Assembly (NCBI GenBank): GCA_002269645.1
Contig: NIVC01000696.1
Location: forward strand, 62,001-126,000
DNA length: 64,000 nucleotides
Source of the DNA: Macrostomum lignano
Lineage: Eukaryota
Direction: 5' to 3'
Part shown: positions 23,186-33,629 of the stretch, piece by piece
Layout: each line of letters begins with the position of its first letter
Numbering within the stretch: position 1 is the stretch's first letter
The notes under the pieces: generated by a model
Told to the model about the DNA's origin: nothing
What the model saw: the letters and a program-made list of their open reading frames with translations, nothing else
Database searches by the model: none
Position numbers and translations under genes: made by a program

Positions 23186-24247
23186 ATGTGTGCCAGCAAC
23201 ATGGCGACTTTGATGGGCCCAGCGTCTCTGACGATACTCCAAGCCCTATTATGGCTCGTCTTCACGGCTTCACTAACCATCAATGGCAGCATTGCGCTGC
23301 TGTTGCACAAGCGTAGAAGGCACTTCCGCGGTTCCAACAGCCTCCGATTGCAGAGTTTAGCCACGGCGAACCTTCTATTAGGGGGCGCAGCCATGAGCAC
23401 AGACGCTCTGGTGCTGGCCAACCCAGATTTTACGCAATTCAACGGCTTCTGTGAAACTTCCCAGTTTCTGGAGTCACTGGCGCTTGTAGCAAAGGCCTGG
23501 ACTTTGGCGGCCATCGGACTGTCCAGAGCTGCTGGAGCGGCCGCTCCCGGAGGTGGTGGTTTCCGCATCTCGCGAGCGGCCGCACTTGAAACGGTTTTGT
23601 TGTGGCTGGCGGCTGCTGCCTATTCAAGCCGCTGGTTGGTTCTGGGTGGCCCCGTCGCATCCCTAGAATTCAATGATGCTCGGAACACTACTGAGAGCAT
23701 AATTATGTGCGATATCATCACTACTCCAGTCGGCCGAGTCGCTTCAGCCATATCCGACGTTCTTGTGGAGTTTGGCGGCCCGCTGGCAGTAGCTGGTGCT
23801 GCCTACGCATCGATTGTTTGGCGGCTAAGACAGTCAACTCGACGTCTGCGGCAGTCAGGAGTGTCGAGTGGGGCAGCCGCGGGCGATCAGGCCGGCGCCG
23901 ATTCGGGGGACTCGGCAACTAGCAAAGTGGCGCGAACAGCGGCTCTGCTTCTGCTGCAGTTTGCGGCTGCTGCTCTGCCGTATCAGACTTTGAAACTTCT
24001 GGGCCAGGCTATTGCCGGCGTTGGCGATCCGCTGCTTCTGGAGGCCATGCGAATGCTCATGGTGCTTGACACCTGCGCCTGCGTTCCTGTCTACGCGCTC
24101 AGTGTCAGCTTTGTTCGCGATCAGCTGATGGCTGCTCTGCCGAAACAATGCCAAACGTGTTGCTGCTGTCACGGGCGGGGCTCCTTGCGAGTTGGCGATG
24201 CAACAAAGACAGGCGGCAGTGGGGGCCGACGCGGTGCAACAAGTTAA
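23186..24247 (+). CDS. Divergent intronless 7TM receptor, GPCR 3 (353 aa)
   Basis: Seven hydrophobic segments with class-A spacing, TM1 Asn (INGS), TM2 LAxAN, Cys before TM3 (FCETS), Cys in loop 2 (IMCD), Pro in TM5 (EFGGP) and TM6 (ALPY). The DRY and NPxxY positions read LSRA and CVPVY. Confidence 0.8.
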   Translation: MCASNMATLMGPASLTILQALLWLVFTASLTINGSIALLLHKRRRHFRGSNSLRLQSLATANLLLGGAAMSTDALVLANPDFTQFNGFCETSQFLESLALVAKAWTLAAIGLSRAAGAAAPGGGGFRISRAAALETVLLWLAAAAYSSRWLVLGGPVASLEFNDARNTTESIIMCDIITTPVGRVASAISDVLVEFGGPLAVAGAAYASIVWRLRQSTRRLRQSGVSSGAAAGDQAGADSGDSATSKVARTAALLLLQFAAAALPYQTLKLLGQAIAGVGDPLLLEAMRMLMVLDTCACVPVYALSVSFVRDQLMAALPKQCQTCCCCHGRGSLRVGDATKTGGSGGRRGATS

Positions 24248-25169
24248 ACTCGCTTGTTTGACATGAAATACTGTTTTGTACGTACAAACAGTTCGTTTTG
24301 TTTGCATATACATATTCTTACAGTAAAAGTGAAGTTCCCATGAGAAATCCTTAACCTGGATAAAGGATAAAGCATGTGCAAGCCTCGTTAATCAATGTTG
24401 AACTTTCTTAATCCGTCATTTGCAATCTTTTATTATTTTGCTTCGTTATCGAGTCCCAGATTTTGTTAAATTGGCACGTTTTTAAATTAGCAATAAAATC
24501 CGAAACTTTTCATGAGAAGCCATTAGAGCAGCCATTTTTCCGTCAATCTCCGCAGGTTTCTCACTAGACAGAACATAAACTAGGACTGCTACTGTCTCTT
24601 TCCGAGTGGAATTAGCTGCATGATCCCCCTGCCTTGCACGGTTCGGGATAATTAGTTCGAAGCACGATTTCTTTTCGCTTCACCTGTTCTCATTGCCTGG
24701 TAGATTTTACTCACGGATTTGGCTTGTCAAGAAACAAATAAACAAAAAATCCTGTTTAGTTACAGCGAAGGAAAAGTAAAGTGCAACATCTGTCATTTCA
24801 AAGCTTCTTGCCTAACCGCTAATAAGTATAGAGAGTTGGAAATTAGTGGGATTTATCCTCAAGACTTAAACTGGTCTCTACTAACGCAACATTTTGAAAT
24901 TGACAGGAAAGGGCTTGTGAAACAGACTGATTATCCACGGGGAGCCTCTTAGTTCCTAGGTCTTAGATCGGAGAATTTACTAAGCTCAAATATTACCTTT
25001 TAATTGTGTTTTTTGGGCAGAAATGGAATTTTATTTTGTTTTAAGTCGCTAACCACTGTGCAACTGGACACTCCAGCCGCGAAAATCCACGACAGGCGGC
25101 AGTTTCTTGTCAGTTGCATTTGTCTTGTCATTTGCGTGACCAAAATGAATCCACTTTGACTAAATGAAA

Positions 25170-26132
25170 GTTATTTCCGTTTATTTATTTTTTTGGTCTG
25201 AAGCAAAAGCAGAAGACTCGTTTCTTGGCCGAGGCGAAGCCGAGGCCTGGATGCGAGTCCAAAGCTTATGCTTCAGACCATAGACTAAAATAAACGGAAA
25301 TAATATATTTATACCCCGTTTGGCCATTTTAACTTTGTACATTTTAACCACAGAGAAATGTTGATTTGATACCGTTCACAAAAACGACTGTGTTGGTTAT
25401 TTAAGAGTGAGTAGTTGTCTCTATCTCTACTAAACCTTTCCTGTGAAACTTTGGAGTTATTTGCTTTGAACCACTCAGTTTTGCTGAAGTCGAAGCTGTC
25501 CTGAGTGACTTGCCATTGGCTCCAGCAACCGACTATCCGAGTTTGAGCAAGCGCGATCGCAACTTATGCGTTCTTATGTGTTTTATCTTAGAGATCCAAA
25601 ATTCACGTGGTGATCGCTATGGCGCTTCTGCGTTGAATGATTATTTTCAGCTCGGATACTACTTGTTCGACCAATGCGGAAAGCCATGGAGCCTTTGGAA
25701 GGACGGGGAATTCAATGAGAGCCGACTTCCGAAGAGAAACTCTGATCTGAAGGCGTGATTGGTAGTGATGTCCACGACAAATGGTGAGTTCTGTGATTTG
25801 GGGGGGGGGGCTATTTGGAGTGATTGTCTACTTTGATTGAGTTGATCTATTACGTAACTGTCAAACAAAAAAAAATGGTTAACAACTGCTCGTTTTTCTA
25901 AAACATTATAGTCTGTTGCTTTTACATTTATTTCTTTGAGTTTCTTTCTTTCTTTCTTTTACAAATGAGCCACTTTCTTGTGGCTCATTTGTTTGTCTTG
26001 TTTATTTGGATCGTTTATTTGGCCGGGATAAATAAACGTCTTTTACATAGGACCATAGACAAATCACTTTGCGCTTAGCTCTAAGTGAAGACGACCAAAT
26101 CGATTCCCACTTACTCACAGTCGTCTATGGTA
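25170..26132 (+). mobile_element. Crypton-like (DUF3504/tyrosine-recombinase family) remnant with inverted-repeat end
   Basis: 25510-25758 encodes LMCFILEIQNSRGDRYGASAL..LGYYL..G..LWKDGEFNESR, which fits the recalled Crypton N-terminal pattern (LCxFIxExRxxxGxxY..L..YL..KDxEF). A 34-bp imperfect inverted repeat (25170-25305) surrounds GAGGCGAAGCCGAG. CCATAGAC/GTCTATGG occurs at 25278, 26053 and 26123. Confidence 0.55.
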
Positions 26133-26920
26133 GAGGCCAAAGACGAGACTAAATCAGACTCACTTCGCGTTTGCGAACTTTAGATTAAAATATATTGCGA
26201 TTCTGTCCAAAAACACTGTTAAAAAGGTAATCCGTAAGTAAATGACTAATTAAGCAGCCGAGCGTTGGAAAATAACCGTTTTCTGCGCTATTCTTGACAA
26301 AACGCTTCAGATCGTTGGAAGGTAGCACTGTCTCCCCAAGCCCCAAGTCATTCCGCCATTTATATGCTTCTGGGGAGAACCAGATTAGCCCTGAGTTATC
26401 AGCCGCCTCGAGGGCATCATAATAGAATTATTTTTGCTTTGCAAAGTGTTTTATTTCATTTTTCAAAGTGGACGGCAGCACCGGCCGAACAGATTATGCT
26501 AAATTCCATAAAAGCAGACCTGCCCCTCTATCTCTACCTTGGAATTAGCATTGGTCCCTTTCTATATGCAGCCCTAGAAAGCAAAAGCGCGAAGAAGGGC
26601 CTGGCTCGGTGCCCCCCCCCCATTCTGTGGGCGGCGCCCCCTTGTGCGGTCAGATCGGCAGTCGTAAAAGCGATTGCTTTTTACAGCTCCCGTGTGTTTG
26701 TGTGCGCGCCCGCAAGCTTTGAGAGTCCCGGTGTCTGCGCTGTGGCAGCACAACTAGTGGCCGCTGGGAGGGGCTGTAAAGATAATAAAAGCTTGCGGTG
26801 GGTGGCCGGGCTTTAATAAAGCCTCTCCAGCCGAGAAAAGTCACAGGTGGGAGAATTCGAAAGAATCGCTTCGCTTCCGTTTCTTTGTCCTTGTCATGCG
26901 CTCCTGAATACTTCCGCAGC

Positions 26921-27953
26921 ATGCACAGGTGAGTCAAAAATTTAAAATTTATTTATTGAAACTGATTTAGAACTAGACTTCTTGTTTCGCTCTTAGTTCC
27001 ATCTAAATTCACGATGCAACCTCATCACCTGTACAATCATCGACAGTGCAAAGCACGAGGTTCAGCAGCAGCAGCACATCGGCTCAGGCCATGCAGCCAG
27101 CGACTCCCCTCGAGGACCTTCGGTACATCCGGCACAGCTGCTGTTGGCACCCTGGCTAATGCAGCTGCCGCCGCATATCCTGCTTGCTTTTGCATCAGCC
27201 AGCGCCGAATGTCAAAATCTGCTGCGAAGTTATCAGCACCAGCGGCAGCTAGTGCAGCAACAGACCTGCTGGCAGCAGGCTCAGCAGCGGCCACGGCAGC
27301 AGAAATTTGATTACAGTCGCCTGGCCGAGTCTTGCTTGTGTGCCGATGAAAAGCCGCAGATGCAGCAGAAAGTGCAGCAGAATAGCAAAGGGTGAGCATT
27401 GCTGAGACGCTTTCATTAGCACTCATGAAAATTGCAGGCTTGTCACAATTGCCGGCTTTAACAGTCGGACATTTCACGGGCTTTTAAAATATGAGCCCCT
27501 AATTAAAAGTATGCATGCTACACCGCCTTAAGGAAGCAGAGTTACCACTGTTTCCCGATGTCGTAATAACTGCTTTCTGCAAAGACGCCGATTTTATAAA
27601 TTGACTCTTAAACAGAAGAAGTGTACAGTGAAGTAAAATAATCATTGTTATTCTATAATGCTAGAAATTGCAGAGCCCGCAAGGAGTACGTGTGCAAGTA
27701 CTGCAGGCGCCACTTCACCAAGTCCTACAACCTGCTGATTCACGAGCGAACCCACACAGATGAGAGGCCGTTTCCCTGCGAGATCTGCGGCAAAGCCTTC
27801 AGGCGGCAGGACCACCTGCGGGACCACCGGTACATTCACTGCAAGGACAAGCCGTTCAAGTGCGACGTCTGCGGCAAGGGCTTCTGCCAGGCCAGGACTC
27901 TGCAGGTGCACAGGACGCTGCACCGCAGAGCCTCAGCTTCAGCTGTGGTGTGA
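26921..27953 (+). CDS. Osr: odd-skipped/Osr family C2H2 zinc-finger transcription factor (3 fingers)
   Basis: Exons 26921-26928, 27047-27391 and 27665 (or 27674)-27953, all phase 2 and consistent. [57 protein letters not shown] is the odd/Osr signature, with the [10 protein letters not shown] motif upstream. AATAAA at 28044. Confidence 0.93.
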
Positions 27954-28793
27954 AGCCATCGAGCACGCTTCTCGCGTTGATAGACAGTTCCGCATATTTC
28001 AACTGTGTTCGAAATTCTGCATGACAGAAGCAACTATAAAGTAAATAAAGTGTCTTTTACTTTTTGGTATATTTTAAAACATCACTGATGGTTGATAGCT
28101 GGCTTTCAGAACGGATGCTTAATTTATTGCTTTAAATATCAATTTCCTGAAATAATCAATAATAGTGACTGAACAAGGTCAAAACCTGTACATGTAGTTT
28201 TTGTAATATTTTTTCTATTTCTTTCTCTTGCTGCCTCCCAAACGGGGGAACACAGATTGCTAGTCTATTCCCAATTGCGTTAGGTACAAGCAAGCACCTA
28301 GCTAAGTACAAATGAATTGAATTCAACTGTTTCATGAAAATTTTCTGCTCTACGAACTAAAACGCAGCCACTTTTGTATTTACACCTAACAATAAGCGGG
28401 TGATAAGTGCCCTTTTAAACAAAAGAGAATTTTCCAACGCGTTTCAAACCTCTAATGCATGAGCTGTAGCTATGCTAGAACAGAAATACGAGGTATCGTT
28501 TACTATTCATGCCTTTGCAGGATGGTGAACTGCATAACCTATCTTCCCAGAAAAATGAAAATGCTCCGTTCATTTTTTTAGCATAATTTTAGTACGACGC
28601 GGTGAAGGAGTGCCTCACGTAGTTATCAGCTGCAGAATACAAAAAATCCCTTGCTTGGGGAGAGAGGCAAAACACTCAAAGAATTTGTTCAAAATTAGAC
28701 AAATTTTGACAATGACGACACAACTCATGAAAAGCTCCACTTACTGTAATGCTTCGAACTAATAGTATGATGCATACTTTATACAACTTGAAT

Positions 28794-29092
28794 CAGAGGC
28801 GTCGCCATGGATTTTATGGTGGGCGGGACAAAGCCGAGAATTGTACATGTACATTATTTACGAATCGGTCTTGTCATCGACCATTTTGGCGCCGCAGGCA
28901 CCATTTTAGCGCCGCAGGCACTCATTTTGGAGCTGTAGGCGCTATATTTTGTCACCCTGAGGCAAATTTTTTGATTTCCATAACGGGTCAACAAGGTGGG
29001 GTGGGGGGGACAAAGTATTAGCTTATCCCCCCATAGTTTTACTGGGGGAGGGTGGCATGTCCCCCTGTCCCCCCCCGGTGGCGACGCCCCTG
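28794..29092. mobile_element. Non-autonomous hAT-type MITE (299 bp)
   Basis: TIRs CAGAGGCGTCGCCA / TGGCGACGCCCCTG, with a perfect 8-bp target-site duplication ACTTGAAT at 28786-28793 and 29093-29100. Confidence 0.92.
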
Positions 29093-30109
29093 ACTTGAAT
29101 ACAACTGAAGGCCTCTGGCCATCCTCATATAGCACCTAACCAATTCCAATTCCAATTCTGATATGTAGACAACATATTCGATTTTTTGTTGCAATACAGC
29201 TTATTATTGGACTTCTTTGGCTTTTCAAATCAAATTCATGGGCCTCATTTAGTTCAAGGAGTTTTAGCCGTTCCAATTTAACTAAAAAGAGCAACATGAG
29301 TTGATTGAGGGGGTGGGCTCCAGCACCAGAGGGGTGCCATTGAAAGGACGCTATCGTGGGAGCATCAAGGGGCGACCAAGCACCAAAAGGAAAGTAGCTC
29401 CATCAGCGGTATAGCGCCTGACCTGCTGTGAAAGGCTGCCATCATTTTTGCCAGCCTGTTGCGGGGGCCGCAGCCTCTGTTACCTGTGAACTGATATTAA
29501 TACCTGTAGGCTGAGCCGAAGCTCGTGTTTGTTGCCTAATCCTCAATTTTCTCCCTCTGACTGCTCCATTAATTAATGATAAACTCGCGCATGAAAATCT
29601 ACAAAGTCAATCCGGTTTAACCTGAGCGCTAAAATTCCATCTCAGAATCAAAGAAGCTGCAGAGAGTGTAGCCGTTGAGCAGGAAAATTTCCGATTTCTG
29701 CTGGCTTCGATGTCTCTACAAACAGAAGACAAGCTACAGTCCTCTCCGTACAGCTCCTTTGGCCACATTTCCTTGCCGCCCCGAGCTCTGAACCCGAAGA
29801 AATATTTAACTATTCTTCAAGCATTGGCATCAGGCTTGTTTTGCTAGATAGCTTTTTTGACTTCCCTTTAAGGAAAATATATGTGCCACTGACACTGCAA
29901 TACACCAATAGAGACAGACCGGAAAAGATCATAAATAAAATTGTTTTGCAAAGTTCTGAATGCTCGATAATAGTGCTTTAGTAGTGAAAAACAGTCAGGC
30001 AGACTGGTGAAATAAATGCTACAAGCTGTGCTAAATTGGCACTGACTTGGAGAGCTAAATTGTTCCTAAAAGAACTGCAATTAACATGCATATTAAAATG
30101 AAAAGCAAT

Positions 30110-30362
30110 AGAAATAACAATAGTTGCAAGAGGATTGTGGGTTCTCTGGCGTACCGCCTTTGATGAAGCATTTCTGCCCATTCCGCTGAGTCCTGAGCAC
30201 ACAAGCGCGCCTGCAATGCTGTACGCAGACACGCACTCAGACACACGCTCACACAGGGTGTACAGCAACCCTGACTGAATTTCTAATCGTGGCGCACGGA
30301 TTCGAACCAGGGGGTCGTGGCGCTAGAGTCAGACGCGTTTACCGTTGAGCTGCTCTGCCCCC
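30110..30362 (-). mobile_element. SINE with tRNA-Trp-like head and group-2 body
   Basis: Head CAACGGTAAACGCGTCTGACTCTAG..GGTTCGAATCC resembles tRNA-Trp. Body GCTGTACACCCTGTGTGAG..GCGCTTGTGTGCTCAGG..AGCGGAATGGGC is shared with 1130-1280. Confidence 0.68.
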
Positions 30363-30771
30363 GCCCCCCGAATAGCGATAGAGGAATTCGGAGCACTTTT
30401 AAAGAATAATTATGCATCCATCAGGTTAGGCCTGCACGAACAGTTCCTTCAGCTCCCATCGATGCTAACAAATTACTTGCATTGCTTCCTATGAACTCAA
30501 GCAAAAGTCCTGCTTCAGTCCTAAATCAAACATACCTAGCTCATAAGCCTGTTTGTTATGGAAGAACTGCAATTGTAAAAACAGGAAAATGTGCGAGGAG
30601 AAATATGCCTAATTTGATGTATGGAAAATTACCACCGAGGCATTTGTCGCATAAAATCCATCGGCTGTTGCTGCAATGGGAGCCCGACATTTGACTTGCC
30701 TTCAGTCAAGAACAAATTACCCTTGCCTTCTTGCCTACCTTAGCAGAGAGACTGCAAAAATTTACTCGACG

Positions 30772-31658
30772 ATCAAATGGTGGCAGTCAAATGCTTGTAG
30801 GTCAAATGGTGGCAGTCAAATGCTTGTAGGTCAAATGGCTGGCAGTCAAATGCTTGGAGGTCAAATGGTGGCAGTCAAATGCTTGGAGGTCAAATGGTGG
30901 CAGTCAAATTCTTGGAGGTCAAATCGTGGCAGTCAAATTCTTGGAGGTCAAATGGTGGCAGTCAAATGGTGGCAGTCAAATGCTCGGAGGTCAAATCGTG
31001 GCAGTCAAATTCTTGGAGGTCAAATGGTGGCAGTCAAATGCTTGTAGGTCAAATGGCTGGCAGTCAAATGCTTGGAGGTCAAATGGTGGCAGTCAAATGC
31101 TTGGAGGTCAAATGGTGGCAGTCAAATTCTTGGAGGTCAAATCGTGGCAGTCAAATTCTTGGAGGTCAAATGGTGGCAGTCAAATGCTCGGAGGTCAAAT
31201 CGTGGCAGTAAAATTCTTGGAGGTCAAATGGTGGCAGTCAAATTCTCGGAGGTCAAATGGTGGTAGTCAAATGTTCGGAGGTCAAATTGTGGCAGTCAAA
31301 TGCTTGGAGGTCAAATGGTGGCAGTCAAATTCTCGGAGGTCAAATTGTGGCAGTCAAATGCTTGGAGGTCAAATGGTGGCAGTCAAATGCTCGGAGGTCA
31401 AATCGTGGCAGTAAAATTCTTGGAGGTCAAATGGTGGCAGTCAAATTCTCGGAGGTCAAATGGTGGTAGTCAAATGTTCGGAGGTCAAATTGTGGCAGTC
31501 AAATGCTTGGAGGTCAAATGGTGGCAGTCAAATTCTCGGAGGTCAAATCGTGGCAGTCAAATGCTTGGAGGTCAAATCGTGGCAGTCAAATTCTCGGAGG
31601 TCAAATGGTGGCAGTCAAATACTCGGAGGTCAAATGGTGGCAGTCAAATCCTTGGAGG
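30772..31658. repeat. 29-bp minisatellite (GTCAAATGGTGGCA + GTCAAATGCTTGGAG), about 30 units
   Basis: Directly visible dimeric 14+15 bp unit. The overlapping ORFs are repeat translations. Confidence 0.96.
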
Positions 31659-32689
31659 TATGCTAGTATGAGAATGAAGGATCGAAGAGAGGGGTTGCTA
31701 ATCTTAGCCGTTTTCGGTGGGGCTCAAGCGTGTGAGCGCGTATCCAGCCGGATACGGCGAAGAGGGAATGGCGGGATTCATCTCCTTCGGAAGCAAGACT
31801 TAAAACTGTCAAACAGTGTTAGACGGGGCAAAACTGGAAGAAGTTCAGGTTGACACTAATAAGTCAAGACAGTGTAAACAGGGCATATCCTCAGTCACCG
31901 TCTCACTTTTTGCCGGATGGAGGATTTTTTCTTCAGCAATGCAACGAGGAAGGAAACGAAGCGCATAGGAAGGAATACTTGGCTTTCGAGACTTCAGCAG
32001 TTGCCTCCGTAATTCTCTGCCTCGTTGGCGAAGATCGCGACGGCCCGTTAATTTGCAGCGCCGTTCACCTTCAATAAACTTGAAATTTGCGAAACACTTG
32101 TCTCCTCTCTCGATCGAATTTGCAATCAAATTGTACCGTTCATTTTGTTTACCTTGTTGAATGGACCACGTGCTGTCTAATTCTGTTCTTCCAGGGCGCC
32201 CTCTGCTGTTACAGCTCTTCATCTTCCTCAAAAGGCTCGTCCTCGTCATTGCTCATGTTTCCTGAGTCCGTTTGTTGAACTGCAGGTCAGCAAAGCCACG
32301 GGTTTGCACCGAGTGCCACAGTGTCCCTTGGTGCTTGAATTTCCCACAGTTATAGCGAGTTATGTGTAGTATCACACCCATAAAATCTTCCATAAAAATT
32401 GTTCTATGGAAAAGAACATCGTACAGGAGGCGCTTCTCAGGCCGAGGCGAAGCATGCGCGGACGTTCGATCAAAGAACTATTTTTAGGAGGGTGTGATAA
32501 AATTTCATCCCTAGTTACAAAGCCTCCACTGGGGGGGCGTGAGGGCGAAGCCCCCACATTTATAGCTCGTAGTCGTTTTGCAATCGTGTCTTCTGACGAC
32601 GCCCAGCGAAAGTTGCTGGCTGCTGTTCCTTACCATGCCGTTTTTGCTAGAAGCCTACTTTATTCTGTTAGTTAAAAGCTTTAAATACA

Positions 32690-33330
32690 CACTCTTGACT
32701 TACTTGACTTAGCTGCAGGGCTGTCCCGGGGGGGGGGGGCACAGCGGGAAGGCGCGAACGCCCATTCCGCTAATCCCTGAACGGCCGACGCGTCGCTATG
32801 GACGATAGGGTTTTTATCCATAGTCGGCTCGAAGGCCATGATAAAGGTTGGTGGGCTACCCTCGAAGGGGCGCGGTACCCACCCGGCCGCTCCACCTGAC
32901 TGGGCAGTAGGCCAAAAGAACCCTCAAGGAGAGATGCTCACCAGGAGGGGTACCGCTTGCGACCGGACTACTCCCCGGCCTTCCAGCCCATCGGCACGGT
33001 CAAACACCTTAGGCATTAGAGGGTACGTTGAGCAGTACCACGGCCTGCGGACTGGCAGCCAGACCCGCATACCCAATTGGCAAAAGCCACTGGATGGGTC
33101 CCCAGCGCCGGAGCCCAGTCTGTCTGGCAGCCCTAGGGTCTGCCTTGAACACTCGCGGGGACGGGTACCCCTGGGTCGGCTTGCGAAACAGCGTGGGAGG
33201 GGGTCTGCGGCTGCGAGCGGCAAATAGAGGGTGAAGACCTCCCTCCAGCCTTTACCTGCTGAAGATAGAGGCAGGCGTGGAGCATCGCAGACCTTATCCC
33301 ATAGGCCTGGTCTGTCTCATACTTCACTGG
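32690..33330 (-). mobile_element. Non-LTR retrotransposon 3' fragment (clade uncertain)
   Basis: GC-rich block with a degenerate peptide (MLHACLYLQQVKA..SP..C..TPSH). Its terminus GGATTAGCGGAATGGGCG..CCCTGCAGCTAAGTCAAGTAAGTCAAG matches the one at 16095-16172. Confidence 0.58.
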
Positions 33331-33629
33331 CATGCTGAATACGCCCGTGCAAGCAAATACACACTCATTTCTCAGTTCTCTTTTAGGACTTCTCAGTCCG
33401 AGTTTTCGGGCTTGAAAATCGGATTGACTAAAAATCTACCATAGACTAGGACTTCCACTGGAAAAGAAGAGCCTAATTAAACGGCCATTACTGGGGATGA
33501 TTAGTGTATATGATTATTGTCATTTAATAAGCAACGGTCCTGCACAAGGCTATAGCTATATCATTGAGTAAAAAGTGCAACAATTAGAAAACGAAGCATC
33601 GTCTTAGTTGTTATCTTGCGCGATAGTTG

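Noticed and set aside
30290-30362. tRNA-Trp-like sequence whose anticodon position reads CTA (amber-suppressor-like)
   Set aside because: The 3' side of the anticodon stem and the acceptor stem do not pair, and it runs directly into a SINE body. It is a SINE head, not a tRNA gene.
30676-31853. Multiple ORFs with WWQSN/AVKCLEVK repeats
   Set aside because: A 29-bp unit is not a multiple of 3, so frames rotate and break. Repeat artefact.
31845-32350. 134-aa minus-strand ORF and nearby acidic patch
   Set aside because: Coding-like patches fall in different frames, and no family is recognised. Possibly a decayed element.
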